Assembly: GCA_042408215.1 (NCBI GenBank)
Contig: JAYFMW010000030.1
Span: 96,001-160,000 of the forward strand
Reading direction: 5' to 3'
DNA: 64,000 nucleotides
Source: Microcoleus sp.
GTDB lineage: Bacteria; Cyanobacteriota; Cyanobacteriia; Cyanobacteriales; Microcoleaceae
The notes under the pieces: model-generated
Seen by the model: the letters and a program-made list of their open reading frames with translations, nothing else
Databases searched by the model: none
What the model was told of the DNA's origin: nothing
In this document: positions 10,146-20,544 of the stretch, one piece after another
Layout: each line of letters starts with the position of its first letter
Position numbering within the stretch: position 1 is the stretch's first letter
Made by a program: the position numbers and the translations under genes

Positions 10146-12782
10146 ATGCCTCCCAATTATATCAACCTTCTTTCCCAGCTAATAGCCAGACATGATTTTC
10201 ACCAAAATAACTTTCCAGAAGCAAGCCACTTGCAGCCAACTGCAACAGCCGATTTGTGTGAGTTTTTAGGCGAAGAGGTTATTTATCAGACAATCGCGCC
10301 TGCTATAACTCCTAAGCTCTACAAAATTCCTCAAGACTTGCCGCCTTCAATAATTTCTGCTTTGCACCGCCAAGGCATTCAACAGCTTTATTCGCACCAA
10401 ATTAAAACACTCAAAGCCGTGCGCCAGGGCAAAGATGTCATCCTCAGCACAGCAACAGCTTCTGGCAAATCTTTAAGTGCGTACTTGCCTATTTTAGAGG
10501 GCATTCTCCAACATCAATTTACTGCACTCTCTATTTATGGCTTGAAAGCTTTAACAGCCGACCAAAGTCAAAAACTTGCCGATTTGCTCCAACTGATTCC
10601 TGACCCTGCGCGCCCACGCCTTGCCCTTCTAACTGGGGATACTCCTCCCCAAACCAGAGAACAATTATTGGCTACCAACCCTAGCATAATCAGCGCAACA
10701 CCAGAGTTGATTCACTATGCGCTAAAAGGCGTTCACTGGAGTCAGCCTTGGCAGCATTTTTTAAGTCGCCTCCGCTATATTGTCCTAGATGAAGCTCACA
10801 CTTTTAACGGAGTTTACGGAACTCGACACATGGCTAGCTTAATTCGCAGCTTAAAATTGGCAGTAGACGAGCGCGGAGGTTGTTCTCAAAAACTGCAATT
10901 CCTGATGTTGAGTGCTACCGTTGGCAATCCCGTTAAATTAGCGAAGTTACTATCTGGGAGAAGTCGAAAGCGAAATATTAATAAACCCGAGCGGTTAGTT
11001 TGGATTAACTCTAGCGGAGCTGCTGTCCCAGAACGGCAATTAATTGTTACTAAACCGACTCATGATGCTAATTCAGATGTTGCTCGCATCATTATGTTTT
11101 TGTTACAGCAAGGGCAAAGCGGAATTTGCTTCGGTAACGGCAGACAAGCAATTAAGAACTTGTGGGCAACTTTTAAGCAAGAAGCTGTAACTCAAACTAA
11201 CTCGGGAATTGAGTCGCAAGTAGCAATTTTCTACGGCAGTTTAACAAGCGAGCGCCGTATGGAAATTATTAACTCTTTGCAGTCAGGAACAGTTAAGTGT
11301 ATCCTCAGCACTAGCGCTCTCGAAGCAGGAATTGATTTGCCTCAACTTGACTTTGCTATTATTAGGGGATGGCCGGGAAGCTTGCAAGCTTTTAGGCAGA
11401 GGGCTGGCAGGGCTGGTCGCGCAAACTCCGGTTTAATTGTCTTCATTCCTATTGCACAATCACCTTTGGATAACTATTTTGCCGATCGCCCTGAATTATT
11501 GCTGTCAGCCGAATCAGAATTGGTGAGCTTTAATGCCAATTATCCCATAGATATTGCCAAACATTTAATGTGCGCGGCTGTCGAAACAGGCATTCCTGCC
11601 AATAAGCTCAAGCACTACTTTGGCAAGAGCGATCCTCAAATTGCAACGGCTTTAATTGAGCAAGGTGTTCTTCACAGAAGCCGGGATAAATTATGGGCTA
11701 AGGGCTTTCCCCATAAAGATGTAAACTTTCGAGGGGGAACGGGTTCTAGCACGATACAACTGGTGGATGCGGAGACTCAAGAAGAGATTGAACTCCTCAG
11801 TGCGGAGATTGCTTATCGAGAGGTATTTCCTGGTGCTATTTACCGCACGCAAAACTCAGACGGCTGTTTGGTGACTTATACTTCGCGCTCGCTCTTGAAT
11901 GGCAAAGCTATTTTGCAAAACAGCCCTGAAACTCGACTGTTTACTGTAGCGATTAGCCACACTGATACCAGCCTCAAGCAGAATTTGAGTTTGCCTCAAC
12001 AAATCCCGTTGGTCATTCCAGAAGTTGAAGGAAATGTTCAAACCAATTCAACGGATAGTAATGCAATTCCAGCTCAAGCTATTCTGGAACTGGCTTGGGG
12101 AGAAATTAGCCAACTCGTCACTGGTTATCAATTATTGATTCGCAATTACGAGTTAACTTGTCTCAATAGAAAGTGCGTCAATTACAGAGAGCCTTTACCC
12201 AAATGTACTGCCTGTCCTGTTTGTGGCAAGAGAACTCGATCTGCTGAGCTAACATCGGTTCTTAATGAGGTAAACTTTGAGCAACCTTACGAAATCAAAT
12301 TTGCGACTCCTGTACTGCAAATTAGTTTGAATTCCCCGGTTGAATGTTACCTGCAACAGGTAGTAACAGCTACTCGCCAGGAATTGCTTCAATCTCAACA
12401 GGAGATGGAGCCAGGATATCAGCAGTTGTGGGAGTACCCCGCGAATTTGTTGGCTATTCACAGTTTCGGCCATCAAATTTTAGCAGCTTTACCTCTGACT
12501 ATTTTGGCTTCACCTAATGATGTGAATTTTCTGGTAGAGAAGAGAGGTGCAAATGACTATGCAGGACTCTTTTACGATTTAGCAGAAGGAGGTTCGGGAA
12601 CCTCGGAAGCTATTTTTCCTTCTCTCCCTCAATTAGCTCATGCGGCTGCTGAGTTAGCCCGCAGTTGTTCTTGCAGTTCTGGCTGTCCTAAATGTTTGAT
12701 TCAGTCGGGATGCCCTGATGGTAACAAAGCTTTACTCAAGCAGGTGGGGCTGCTGCTGTGCGAAGCGTTTTCTACTCCTTAA
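10146..12782 (+). CDS. SF2 DEAH helicase with C-terminal DUF1998 Zn-binding domain (YprA/MrfA/Hrq1-like)
   Basis: LYSHQ Q-motif, TATASGKS, VLDEAH, SAT, STSALEAGID, QRAGRAGR; C-terminal CSCSSGCPKC. Confidence 0.88.
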   Translation: MPPNYINLLSQLIARHDFHQNNFPEASHLQPTATADLCEFLGEEVIYQTIAPAITPKLYKIPQDLPPSIISALHRQGIQQLYSHQIKTLKAVRQGKDVILSTATASGKSLSAYLPILEGILQHQFTALSIYGLKALTADQSQKLADLLQLIPDPARPRLALLTGDTPPQTREQLLATNPSIISATPELIHYALKGVHWSQPWQHFLSRLRYIVLDEAHTFNGVYGTRHMASLIRSLKLAVDERGGCSQKLQFLMLSATVGNPVKLAKLLSGRSRKRNINKPERLVWINSSGAAVPERQLIVTKPTHDANSDVARIIMFLLQQGQSGICFGNGRQAIKNLWATFKQEAVTQTNSGIESQVAIFYGSLTSERRMEIINSLQSGTVKCILSTSALEAGIDLPQLDFAIIRGWPGSLQAFRQRAGRAGRANSGLIVFIPIAQSPLDNYFADRPELLLSAESELVSFNANYPIDIAKHLMCAAVETGIPANKLKHYFGKSDPQIATALIEQGVLHRSRDKLWAKGFPHKDVNFRGGTGSSTIQLVDAETQEEIELLSAEIAYREVFPGAIYRTQNSDGCLVTYTSRSLLNGKAILQNSPETRLFTVAISHTDTSLKQNLSLPQQIPLVIPEVEGNVQTNSTDSNAIPAQAILELAWGEISQLVTGYQLLIRNYELTCLNRKCVNYREPLPKCTACPVCGKRTRSAELTSVLNEVNFEQPYEIKFATPVLQISLNSPVECYLQQVVTATRQELLQSQQEMEPGYQQLWEYPANLLAIHSFGHQILAALPLTILASPNDVNFLVEKRGANDYAGLFYDLAEGGSGTSEAIFPSLPQLAHAAAELARSCSCSSGCPKCLIQSGCPDGNKALLKQVGLLLCEAFSTP

Positions 12783-12854
12783 ATATTAAAAGATTGGTGG
12801 AATAGGCGGCTGAAAAAGGGGAATGGAGAGAGAGAAATTGGGAAAATGGAAGTG

Positions 12855-12903
12855 GGGAATAGAGCGTAGCTTTTTTAAAACAAAAAAGCTACGCTCTATT
12901 CCC
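12855..12903. terminator. Perfect 22-bp inverted repeat hairpin downstream of helicase
   Basis: GGGAATAGAGCGTAGCTTTTTT-aaaac-AAAAAAGCTACGCTCTATTCCC. Confidence 0.5.
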
Positions 12904-13012
12904 AAATTTTTTTACTGTTTTTATTAATTAAACAAGACGCTGCTTGCATCAACATAGAATTGTGCGAACCGCTACTGCGGTTTTTAGGGGTGCATTTTTC
13001 AGACTTGTACTC

Positions 13013-14110
13013 ATGAAAAACAAGCTTGTCTTGCCAATTATTGACTCCAAAACTAGAGAGTCAACGCTGTTACATTTCAGAAAGCAACCCTATAAACCAA
13101 AGAAAAAGCAAGCTTTAATCCCCAACCTAAAACGAGATTTAAAGCCGGGCTGGCTTTTAACAATTCTCGCACAAATAGACCGATGTTTATGGGGAAGGTG
13201 GGATTATTGGGCTTTGTGTCAAGCTGTCCCCGCTCATGCCTGGATGCGGTGGAAGATGGAGCCAATGCTAGCCATTCTGGAAAACAGAAAACCCGAAAGC
13301 TTACCCAAATTTGTAATTGAGGAAACTTTGCCAGCAGAACCGATTCCCCAAATTGAATGGCAGCATTCTCCTGCCGCAGAAGCCATGCTAGATAACACTC
13401 TCAATTGCATTCCTCAACATGGAGAATGGAAAACTTGGTCAGCTTGGGACTATTTGGAGTTTTTCTTGGACTGGGTTTTGTTCGCATTCGGACATCCAGC
13501 TTACAAGATTTTACCCAAAGAACCCGCCGGCTGTGAAGGTGCATCCATGCGTCTTTATCAGATGTTTGACCTGTCAATTGTCATGCTGTATCCTGAAGAT
13601 TATATGGGCAGACTGCTACCCCAAATTTGCGGAAAGACTGCTCAAAAAAGTTCAGGGTTTTATCCGACACCCTTAGCTTTGTGTCAGTTCATATCTAAGT
13701 TAGTCAGCGGTGATAAGACAGAGCGAATTTCCAGCTTCAATGAACCTGCGTGCGGTACGGGTGATTTAATGTTAACACAGTCGAATTACTGTCTGAGCGG
13801 TATCGGTCAAGATATAGACCCTACTCTGTTAAAATGCGCTTTGTTCCAATTTTATATGTTTTCACCTTGGCTGGCTGTTCCGATTTGGTGGTTGGGTCAA
13901 ACTGATTTGCTCCTTGGCAATACTTTAAGTAGCGATCGACCTCAATCAATAAACGCTGCTTACTGGTATAATGAGTGGTTTGAGCCAGTCGAGTCCCCGG
14001 CTAAAAATCATACTGATTGTCCAGTCGAACATGAAATAAATTCAGGAGAAAGCTCAGAAGTTATTGACTTGAATGAGAAGACATCAATTCACTCAAATCC
14101 AGTTCAATAA
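13013..14110 (+). CDS. N6-adenine DNA methylase-like protein (atypical motif IV)
   Basis: GFYPTP, NEPACGTG SAM-binding motif, GQDID, LGNTL; no NPPY, NAAY at about the expected place. Confidence 0.6.
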   Translation: MKNKLVLPIIDSKTRESTLLHFRKQPYKPKKKQALIPNLKRDLKPGWLLTILAQIDRCLWGRWDYWALCQAVPAHAWMRWKMEPMLAILENRKPESLPKFVIEETLPAEPIPQIEWQHSPAAEAMLDNTLNCIPQHGEWKTWSAWDYLEFFLDWVLFAFGHPAYKILPKEPAGCEGASMRLYQMFDLSIVMLYPEDYMGRLLPQICGKTAQKSSGFYPTPLALCQFISKLVSGDKTERISSFNEPACGTGDLMLTQSNYCLSGIGQDIDPTLLKCALFQFYMFSPWLAVPIWWLGQTDLLLGNTLSSDRPQSINAAYWYNEWFEPVESPAKNHTDCPVEHEINSGESSEVIDLNEKTSIHSNPVQ

Positions 14111-14389
14111 GTTGTTAATGGCAAACGCCGATCCAGAAAAACGACAACATCTCCTCACCAATTTACGCTGTTTAATTTGGACGATTTATAGCCCAATACC
14201 TACCTATCGAACGATTGTTACGGTGCAGGTGAATAGGTGAGTTCAAATCACCTTTAACGTTAGTCTCATTGTTAAGAACCAAGCTACCGATATCGTTGGT
14301 AAACTATCACGCATGAGTTCGGAATTTGGAAAGCAACAAGCCGAATATAGCGCAGTCAGACACTCAGTTGCTATTGACCAAACAGTGGA

Positions 14390-14600
14390 CAAGACTAGAC
14401 AGCTAGTTCATAAACTGGACAAATAGCCAGCCTAAGTATCTTGAATACTACGTTTTGAGGGTGATGACACCTACGGGTGCTTTCCAGCTTGTAGCTCTGT
14501 CGTTAGAGATTAAACAGATGTATTTGGTTAAGTCAGTGTCTCTAACCCAACAAGCCATCAAAACATTGGCGAGGAAAACATAACCTGAGCAATCAGAGGA
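14390..14600 (+). ncRNA. Putative IscB omegaRNA (HEARO-like); ends approximate
   Basis: ~200-nt structured leader of iscB with typical segments CCAGCCTAAG..CTACGTT, ACACC..GGGTGC, GCTCTG, AACATTGGCGAGG. Confidence 0.7.
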
Positions 14601-14604
14601 CAAA

Positions 14605-15898
14605 ATGTCTAACTTTGTATTCGTTTTAGACACCAACAAACAACCACTTGAGCCAGTAGCACTCCCGACAAGCAAGACGATTGTTAAAACTAGCCCAAGC
14701 TGCTGTGTATCTCCGTTACCCGTTCACAATTATTCTGAAATATGCGGTTTCTCATCCAAAAAAGCAACCCACTCAATTAAAAATTGACCCTGGTTCTAAA
14801 ACTACTGGGCTGGCGATCAATCGTGGCGATCAAGTTATCTGGGGTGCTGAGTTGACCCATCGCGGACAACAAATAAAAAATGACTTAGAATCACGTCGCG
14901 CCCTTCGTCGCAATCGTCGTAACCGAAAAACTCGTTACCGCAAAGCGCGTTTTCTTAACCGCACAAGAGCGCCTGGATGGTTGCCACCCAGCTTAGAATC
15001 CAGAGTGAAAAACATCGTGACTTGGGTCAACCGCATCTGTCGATATGTCCCAATTACAGGCAGATCCCAAGAGTTAGTTAAGTTTGACCTACTTGCAATG
15101 CAGAACCCTGAAATATCCGGCAAGGAGTATCAGCAAGGTGAACTTGCGGGCTATGAAGTCAGAGAATACTTGCTTGAGAAGTGGGGGAGAAAGTGCGCCT
15201 ATTGCGGTATTGAAAACTTACCTTTTGAGGTAGAACATATCCACCCAAAATCAAAAGGGGGAAGCGATCGCGTTTCCAATCTTACCCTAGCCTGCCGTGG
15301 GTGCAACCAAGCCAAAGGCAATCAAGATATTCGGGATTTCTTGTCCAAAAAACCTGACATCCTATCCCGTATTTTGAAACAGGCCTCACAACCTTTGAAA
15401 GATGCAACTGCTGTGAATTCAACCCGCTGGGCATTGTTCCAACAACTTAAACAAACAGGATTGCCAATAGAAGTTTCAACAGGAGGTAGAACAAAGTACA
15501 ACCGCACTCGTTTAGAACTACCTAAAACTCATTGGCTGGATGCGGCTTGTGTGGGGAACGTAGAAGTGCTGCAAGTTTTCACGGATCAACCGTTGTTAAT
15601 TGCAGCTAAAGGATGGGGCAGCCGTCAAATGTGTACAACCAATAAATACGGATTTCCTGTCAAGCACAGAACGCGGTGCAAAACGTTTTTTGGGTTTGGG
15701 ACTGGCGACATGGTAAGTGCAATTCTTCCCTTTGGGAAGTTTGCCGGCACTCACGTCGGCAGGCTGACCGTTAGAGAAAGCGGAGTTTTTGAAATGAGAA
15801 CGCCACTTGGCAAGGTTAGCCCAGTGCGTCATAAATACTGTAAATCAATCCACCGCAACGATGGGTATATGTATGTGTTTTCTACTTTTGTCCAATGA
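14605..15898 (+). pseudogene. iscB: IscB RNA-guided endonuclease (PLMP-RuvC-HNH) with one frameshift
   Basis: MSNFVFVLDTNKQPLEPV (PLMP), then one extra base near 14659; RuvC-I IDPGSKTTG, Arg-rich bridge helix, QELVKFD, HNH EHIHPKSKGG..NLTLACRGCN, RuvC-III THWLDAAC. Confidence 0.9.
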
Positions 15899-15937
15899 AT
15901 CAGCGATTAGAGGCGTAGCGATCGCGACTACACAACC

Positions 15938-16252
15938 AATTTAGGGTGCATAAACGTCAGAACCATTAATCTATCAATCGCTATGCACCCTAAACGCCGA
16001 TAATTTAGGGTGCATAAACGCCAGAATTACTAATCTATCAATCGCTATGCACCCTAAACGGCTCGTAAATTTAGGGTGCATAAACGTCAGAACCACTAAT
16101 CTATCAATCGCTATGCACCCTAAACGCCGATAATTTAGGGTGCATAAACGCCAGAATTACTAATCTATCAATCGCTATGCACCCTAAACGCCGATAATTT
16201 AGGGTGCATAAACGCCAGAATTACTAATCTATCAATCGCTATGCACCCTAAA
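15938..16252. repeat. Tandem array of five ~64-bp units, each with 13-bp inverted arms TTTAGGGTGCATA / TATGCACCCTAAA
   Basis: Units start at 15938, 16002, 16068, 16132, 16196; 29-nt near-identical core between arms. Confidence 0.95.
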
Positions 16253-16255
16253 AAC

Positions 16256-16582
16256 TTAAGGCTTGAGCTTACCCAGATAGAACGAATGATGCCTGCCGCC
16301 CTTACGAAATCTCAAGTAGGCATAAGGGCCACATCCTTTGATTGTCTTAGATTCGATGTACCCCGTACTACCGCGCGCACCAGTAGCAGCCATTTTTTCT
16401 TCCCGTTTTTCTTCCCAGTCTGAATCGGCTGCCAACTCCGACAACCTTTTCTCTTCAGCGTCAATTAGCACGTCAATTGCATCCTTCAGGTACTTCAGGT
16501 CTTCCAGCTTAAGTTGATAGCAATCCTGCAACACGCCGTGCAGCGTTGCAATTTTCACGGAACAACTGCGCTTTTTGGGCAT
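16256..16582 (-). CDS. Small hypothetical protein with C-terminal three-stranded beta-sheet (arm-type/AP2-like) putative DNA-binding motif
   Basis: Acidic helical N-part plus basic GYIESKTIKGCGPYAYLRFRKGGRHHSFYLGK. Confidence 0.6.
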   Translation of the reverse strand: MPKKRSCSVKIATLHGVLQDCYQLKLEDLKYLKDAIDVLIDAEEKRLSELAADSDWEEKREEKMAATGARGSTGYIESKTIKGCGPYAYLRFRKGGRHHSFYLGKLKP

Positions 16583-16758
16583 AACCAGTCAAATTTATGG
16601 GGCAAAAGCGATAGCATACTCTGCAAATCTTGAGTCATTGCACCCTAAACTGATAGAGCACAAGCGGGCTAAAGTTTCCACTCAAACCTCGTGTCTTGTA
16701 CAATTTTTAGTATTGGCATACCGCTTGTTAAAACTGTAGCACAGATATAAGGTCGAGC

Positions 16759-17061
16759 ATGGGACGGAAACAGAGATCGCCTTCAGGCATTGTTTTTCGA
16801 GCGCGAGTTGCGCGACAGACACCAGAAAAACTTGAAAAGCTTGCAGCTTCAATGGGTCACTTGTACGGAGGTAAGGGAAAACCCGGTGCCCTACTAGATA
16901 TGCTGGCATCGGGAGATTTGGTTCTCGTACCCAAAACCGCAACAGATGTCATAAAATCTGTGGCACAGTTTTTGGAAGAAACCTCGCCACCGGCCGTCAA
17001 ATTGGATCGTAAGCGGGCGGACGGTACTCAAACAATTCCTGCGGGGTCACAGCAAATTTAG
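16759..17061 (+). CDS. Small hypothetical protein, possibly ribbon-helix-helix-like
   Basis: Divergent from 16256-16582; basic strand (IVFRARV) followed by helices. Confidence 0.5.
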   Translation: MGRKQRSPSGIVFRARVARQTPEKLEKLAASMGHLYGGKGKPGALLDMLASGDLVLVPKTATDVIKSVAQFLEETSPPAVKLDRKRADGTQTIPAGSQQI

Positions 17062-17661
17062 ACCGGTCTGTTCCTGATGTTGGTAAAGCAAACGATGCTT
17101 GATTGCGAATTGCTTGAATGTCCTCAGAACTCCGTTCAGAAGACAGCACAAACTGAGTCCTTTGATAGCGCAAGTCAGCAATTGTTACCTCCCCGGGCTT
17201 CCCTTTACAGATGGTGAGTGCTTGGGAAACAGCTAATCGTCTCTAATCTCACACAAGATGGGATTAAAACTGTGCGTTTTTTTCCACCTGCTTGTAAGCG
17301 CGTATTACTTATTTAGTTGAAATAACTTGCTTGAAGAACACTTTAGTTGGTGGTCAAGTTTTCTCTTTATAAGCAAATAAAAACTCTAAATTTTCTCTGG
17401 CTTTCGAGTAGAAAATTGGTAAGTTTTTCTCCATGTTTCTACAAGAAAAGGGGAGGCCGTGTCAGGCGATCGCCTGACAGGAGTATTTTTGCTAAAAGAC
17501 TATCGAATTGAACGCGAGGTATGAATATTCTCAACATTGCTTCATGCTCTGTGACAGTTGAGGGTGCAGGATGTGGGCTATAAATTTTTAATCCTATTCC
17601 GCACTCCCGGACTTTTTCTGTGGCGATCGCCGCTATTGCTCAGTCTTTTATGCTCTGAGCA

Positions 17662-18357
17662 ATGTACCTCCTTACTCTATCAGACCTCAATCAAACTATT
17701 CATACTAGCCCACTACAAGAGCCACCTCTTGTTCCTTCCTATCTGCAAGAACGCTTGCAACTGCTTGTCAAGCAAATTTTAATGGGATTACCTGTCGATC
17801 CAATTCTCAACAGTCACCCCCAGTTCCAGCAGTGGGTTTTCCAGCTCCAAGAACTATCGCCATCACTGTTTTTACCGCAGCGAAAACTGTTTGTTGACAT
17901 TCCAATTCAGGCAAAACTAGACAGAACAAAAAGGGGAGTGACAGAAGAAAACTCTTCCCCTTCTCCTCCATTCAAAGTGATACAAGTCCGTACAAATGTG
18001 GGTTTAGTCAAACGAACACCCAGACTATTTGAGTGGGCAATTCGCCATCCTGTACTGACTTGGCAAGACCGAGTTAAGTTATGGGTAGCTACCGAATTTT
18101 TCGATATCGAGCCTCACAAGCTGCAACTGATTGTTTTGGCACTGCACCCGACTCAACCAGCAAAAAAAGTTCAGTTTGCCTGGGACAACAAGCAACACCG
18201 ACAAACTCAAAATTGGCTTTTGACTACCATTGAACGAGAGACAGAACAAACAGTTATCAGGCTCAATGGTTATCTAACACCTCAACCGAAGGAAGTAGCA
18301 ACAGCTATCAATTTGGATGAAATCAATTTGGATGAAATCAACGAAGTGTCGATCTAA
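17662..18357 (+). CDS. Hypothetical protein, possibly degenerate PD-(D/E)XK-like fold
   Basis: 231-aa ORF; no clear catalytic motif. Confidence 0.55.
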   Translation: MYLLTLSDLNQTIHTSPLQEPPLVPSYLQERLQLLVKQILMGLPVDPILNSHPQFQQWVFQLQELSPSLFLPQRKLFVDIPIQAKLDRTKRGVTEENSSPSPPFKVIQVRTNVGLVKRTPRLFEWAIRHPVLTWQDRVKLWVATEFFDIEPHKLQLIVLALHPTQPAKKVQFAWDNKQHRQTQNWLLTTIERETEQTVIRLNGYLTPQPKEVATAINLDEINLDEINEVSI

Positions 18358-18625
18358 TCTGTTCAGACTGTATAGCTCTTCTGGATTTGTGGTAGAAACG
18401 GTAGTGTGAGCCGTTCACGCCGGCTTTTCGGGCCACATCACTAGAATTACGATCGCCTAAAACTCAGAAAAACGGACTTTATTCGCATCCTCCTATCGAG
18501 AGACATCTACCTTCCGACAAAAATGCCCCACAATTAATACTTTTCTTCTCTCGATAGGAGGATGACAGTCTTTAATGTCAGGAAAAATAATATAGAATGG
18601 ATAAAATGTAGTAGGAATCTTAGCC

Positions 18626-19303
18626 GTGACTGCAACTACCGCCACCCAACCAAAAACAAACCAACTAAAAACCATCCTAATAGTTGAAGATGACCCAATG
18701 ATGCAGCTCGGTCTAAAGCATATCCTCAATCAGCAACCCCATTTAACAGTTGTCGCCCAAGCTGTTAACGGTAACGAAGCCGTCAGTGCTGCACTGCAAC
18801 ACCAACCAGACATCGCCCTGATGGACATTGACTTACCCGGAATCGACGGTATTGCAGCCGCGCAGCAAATCAGAGCCGCACTGCCGCATACTCGCATCCT
18901 GATGCTCACCCACCACAGCAATCCAACTCAGGTAATGGCGGCTTTGTCAAGCGGCGCTCACGGCTACTGCGTTAAAGGCACTAACGCAGAACAACTTCTA
19001 GCAGCGATTACGACTGTGCAAGAAGGTGGCAGTTACCTAGACCCTAAGATTGCCGACTGCGTGCTGCAAAATCTCAAAACGCCACTGCCCGAAAGCTATG
19101 CGAATGACGACATCAAGCTGACTGAACGGGAAATGCAGGTTTTGCAGCAGCTAGTTGAGGGTAAAAGCAATAAACAAATCGCTGCTCAACTAGGAATGAG
19201 CGTCCACACCGCCAAAGGTCATGTAGAGATGATTATAGCTAAATTTGAAGCGAGCGATCGCACCCACGCAGCCGTTAAAGCACTGCGTTTGGGGGTGGTT
19301 TAG
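18626..19303 (+). CDS. NarL/LuxR-family response regulator
   Basis: ILIVEDD, MDIDLPGIDG receiver; LTEREMQVL..GKSNKQIAAQL HTH. Confidence 0.92.
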   Translation: MTATTATQPKTNQLKTILIVEDDPMMQLGLKHILNQQPHLTVVAQAVNGNEAVSAALQHQPDIALMDIDLPGIDGIAAAQQIRAALPHTRILMLTHHSNPTQVMAALSSGAHGYCVKGTNAEQLLAAITTVQEGGSYLDPKIADCVLQNLKTPLPESYANDDIKLTEREMQVLQQLVEGKSNKQIAAQLGMSVHTAKGHVEMIIAKFEASDRTHAAVKALRLGVV

Positions 19304-19383
19304 CCGTTGGAATGCAGCTTCTAATTGTTCTAAAAAAGTGGTTTTTGAGGCGTAGCTATCGCGTAGTAAATTATGACAGCTTG

Positions 19384-20544
19384 TCAATCTTCAAACTTTG
19401 GCAAGGTCAACCAAAACCTCGCTCCTTTTCCCAATTCGCTATCAACGCCAATCTCTCCGCCGTGAGCCTCAACAATTTGCCTGCAAATGTAAAGTCCCAA
19501 TCCCAATCCTTGCCTTAAACTAACTCCTACTCCCCTCGTATAAGGCTCGAACAATCTTGCACATTGCTGAGGCGAAATTCCGGCCCCATTGTCTGCAACC
19601 GTACAGCGAACCATCTCACCTTCCTTTTTAGCTTCTACCGTCAAAATAAACCCAGACTGATTGTATTTAACAGCATTGTCAATCAGATTGCCAAACACCC
19701 GCCAGAGCTGCTGAGCATCAGCATTGACTAAAGGCAAATCTGCTGGAAAAAGCTGCTTTACCTTGACTCGATGCTGGTTGAGAATTGGTAATCTTTCAAT
19801 AAGAATATTTTGGACTAAAGCGGGCAGCGACAGCGGCTTCATTGCTAAAGAAGCACTTTTTACGTCAAACTGCTGTGTTGCTGTTCGTGACTCAATCAAC
19901 TGGAGTTGGCGCGAACAACTTTGCACCATAACCTCCACAGTCCGCCTATCAATAACAATGTTGCTGCCAGCATCAGCTAGGCGATTTTGCAGCAGCAGCG
20001 ACATTCCCGATAAAGGCGATCGCAAATCGTGAGAAACAGCGTGCAACAGCATTTTTAAATTGGCTTCTGCTTGCTGTCTTTCTTGAATTTCCTGACTTAA
20101 TTGAACATTTTGTGCAGCCAATTGCACGTTAGCGGCGCGAAGTTGCTGCTGCAAGCGCTGCATTTTAAGTTGGGCAGATACCCGCGCCAATACTTCAACA
20201 GGCTCAAAAGGTTTTATAATGTAGTCAGCACCGCCCGCCTCAAACCCTTTTACTTTGTCAAATACGTCATCTAAAGCGCTGATGAAAATTACAGGAATAG
20301 CACAAGTAGCTTCAGATGCTTTAAGTTTACGGCAGACTTCATAGCCATCCATACCGGGCATTTTTATATCTAGCAAAATCAAGTCTGGCGCTTGCAACTC
20401 TACTGCTTTTAAAGCTCGCTCTCCACTAATCAGCTTCCTGACTTTGTAACCGTTTTCAATTAGCACTTGAGACAGTAGTTGAATGTTAGCTGGAATATCG
20501 TCAACAATCAAAATGTCAGCCAAAAATTGTTCAGTTTGCTCCAT
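19384..20544 (-). CDS. Hybrid receiver-histidine kinase
   Basis: ILIVDD/LLDIKMP receiver; SHDLRSPL H-box; NLIDNAVKY, DNGAGI, GLGLGL. Confidence 0.92.
   Translation of the reverse strand: MEQTEQFLADILIVDDIPANIQLLSQVLIENGYKVRKLISGERALKAVELQAPDLILLDIKMPGMDGYEVCRKLKASEATCAIPVIFISALDDVFDKVKGFEAGGADYIIKPFEPVEVLARVSAQLKMQRLQQQLRAANVQLAAQNVQLSQEIQERQQAEANLKMLLHAVSHDLRSPLSGMSLLLQNRLADAGSNIVIDRRTVEVMVQSCSRQLQLIESRTATQQFDVKSASLAMKPLSLPALVQNILIERLPILNQHRVKVKQLFPADLPLVNADAQQLWRVFGNLIDNAVKYNQSGFILTVEAKKEGEMVRCTVADNGAGISPQQCARLFEPYTRGVGVSLRQGLGLGLYICRQIVEAHGGEIGVDSELGKGARFWLTLPKFED

Noticed and set aside
15938..16252. Array as a CRISPR array linked to IscB
   Set aside because: Intervening sequences are near-identical rather than unique spacers, and half-sites alternate in orientation.
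15940..16252. TTTAGGG plant-telomere motif
   Set aside because: Not tandem heptamers; coincidental part of a 13-bp arm.
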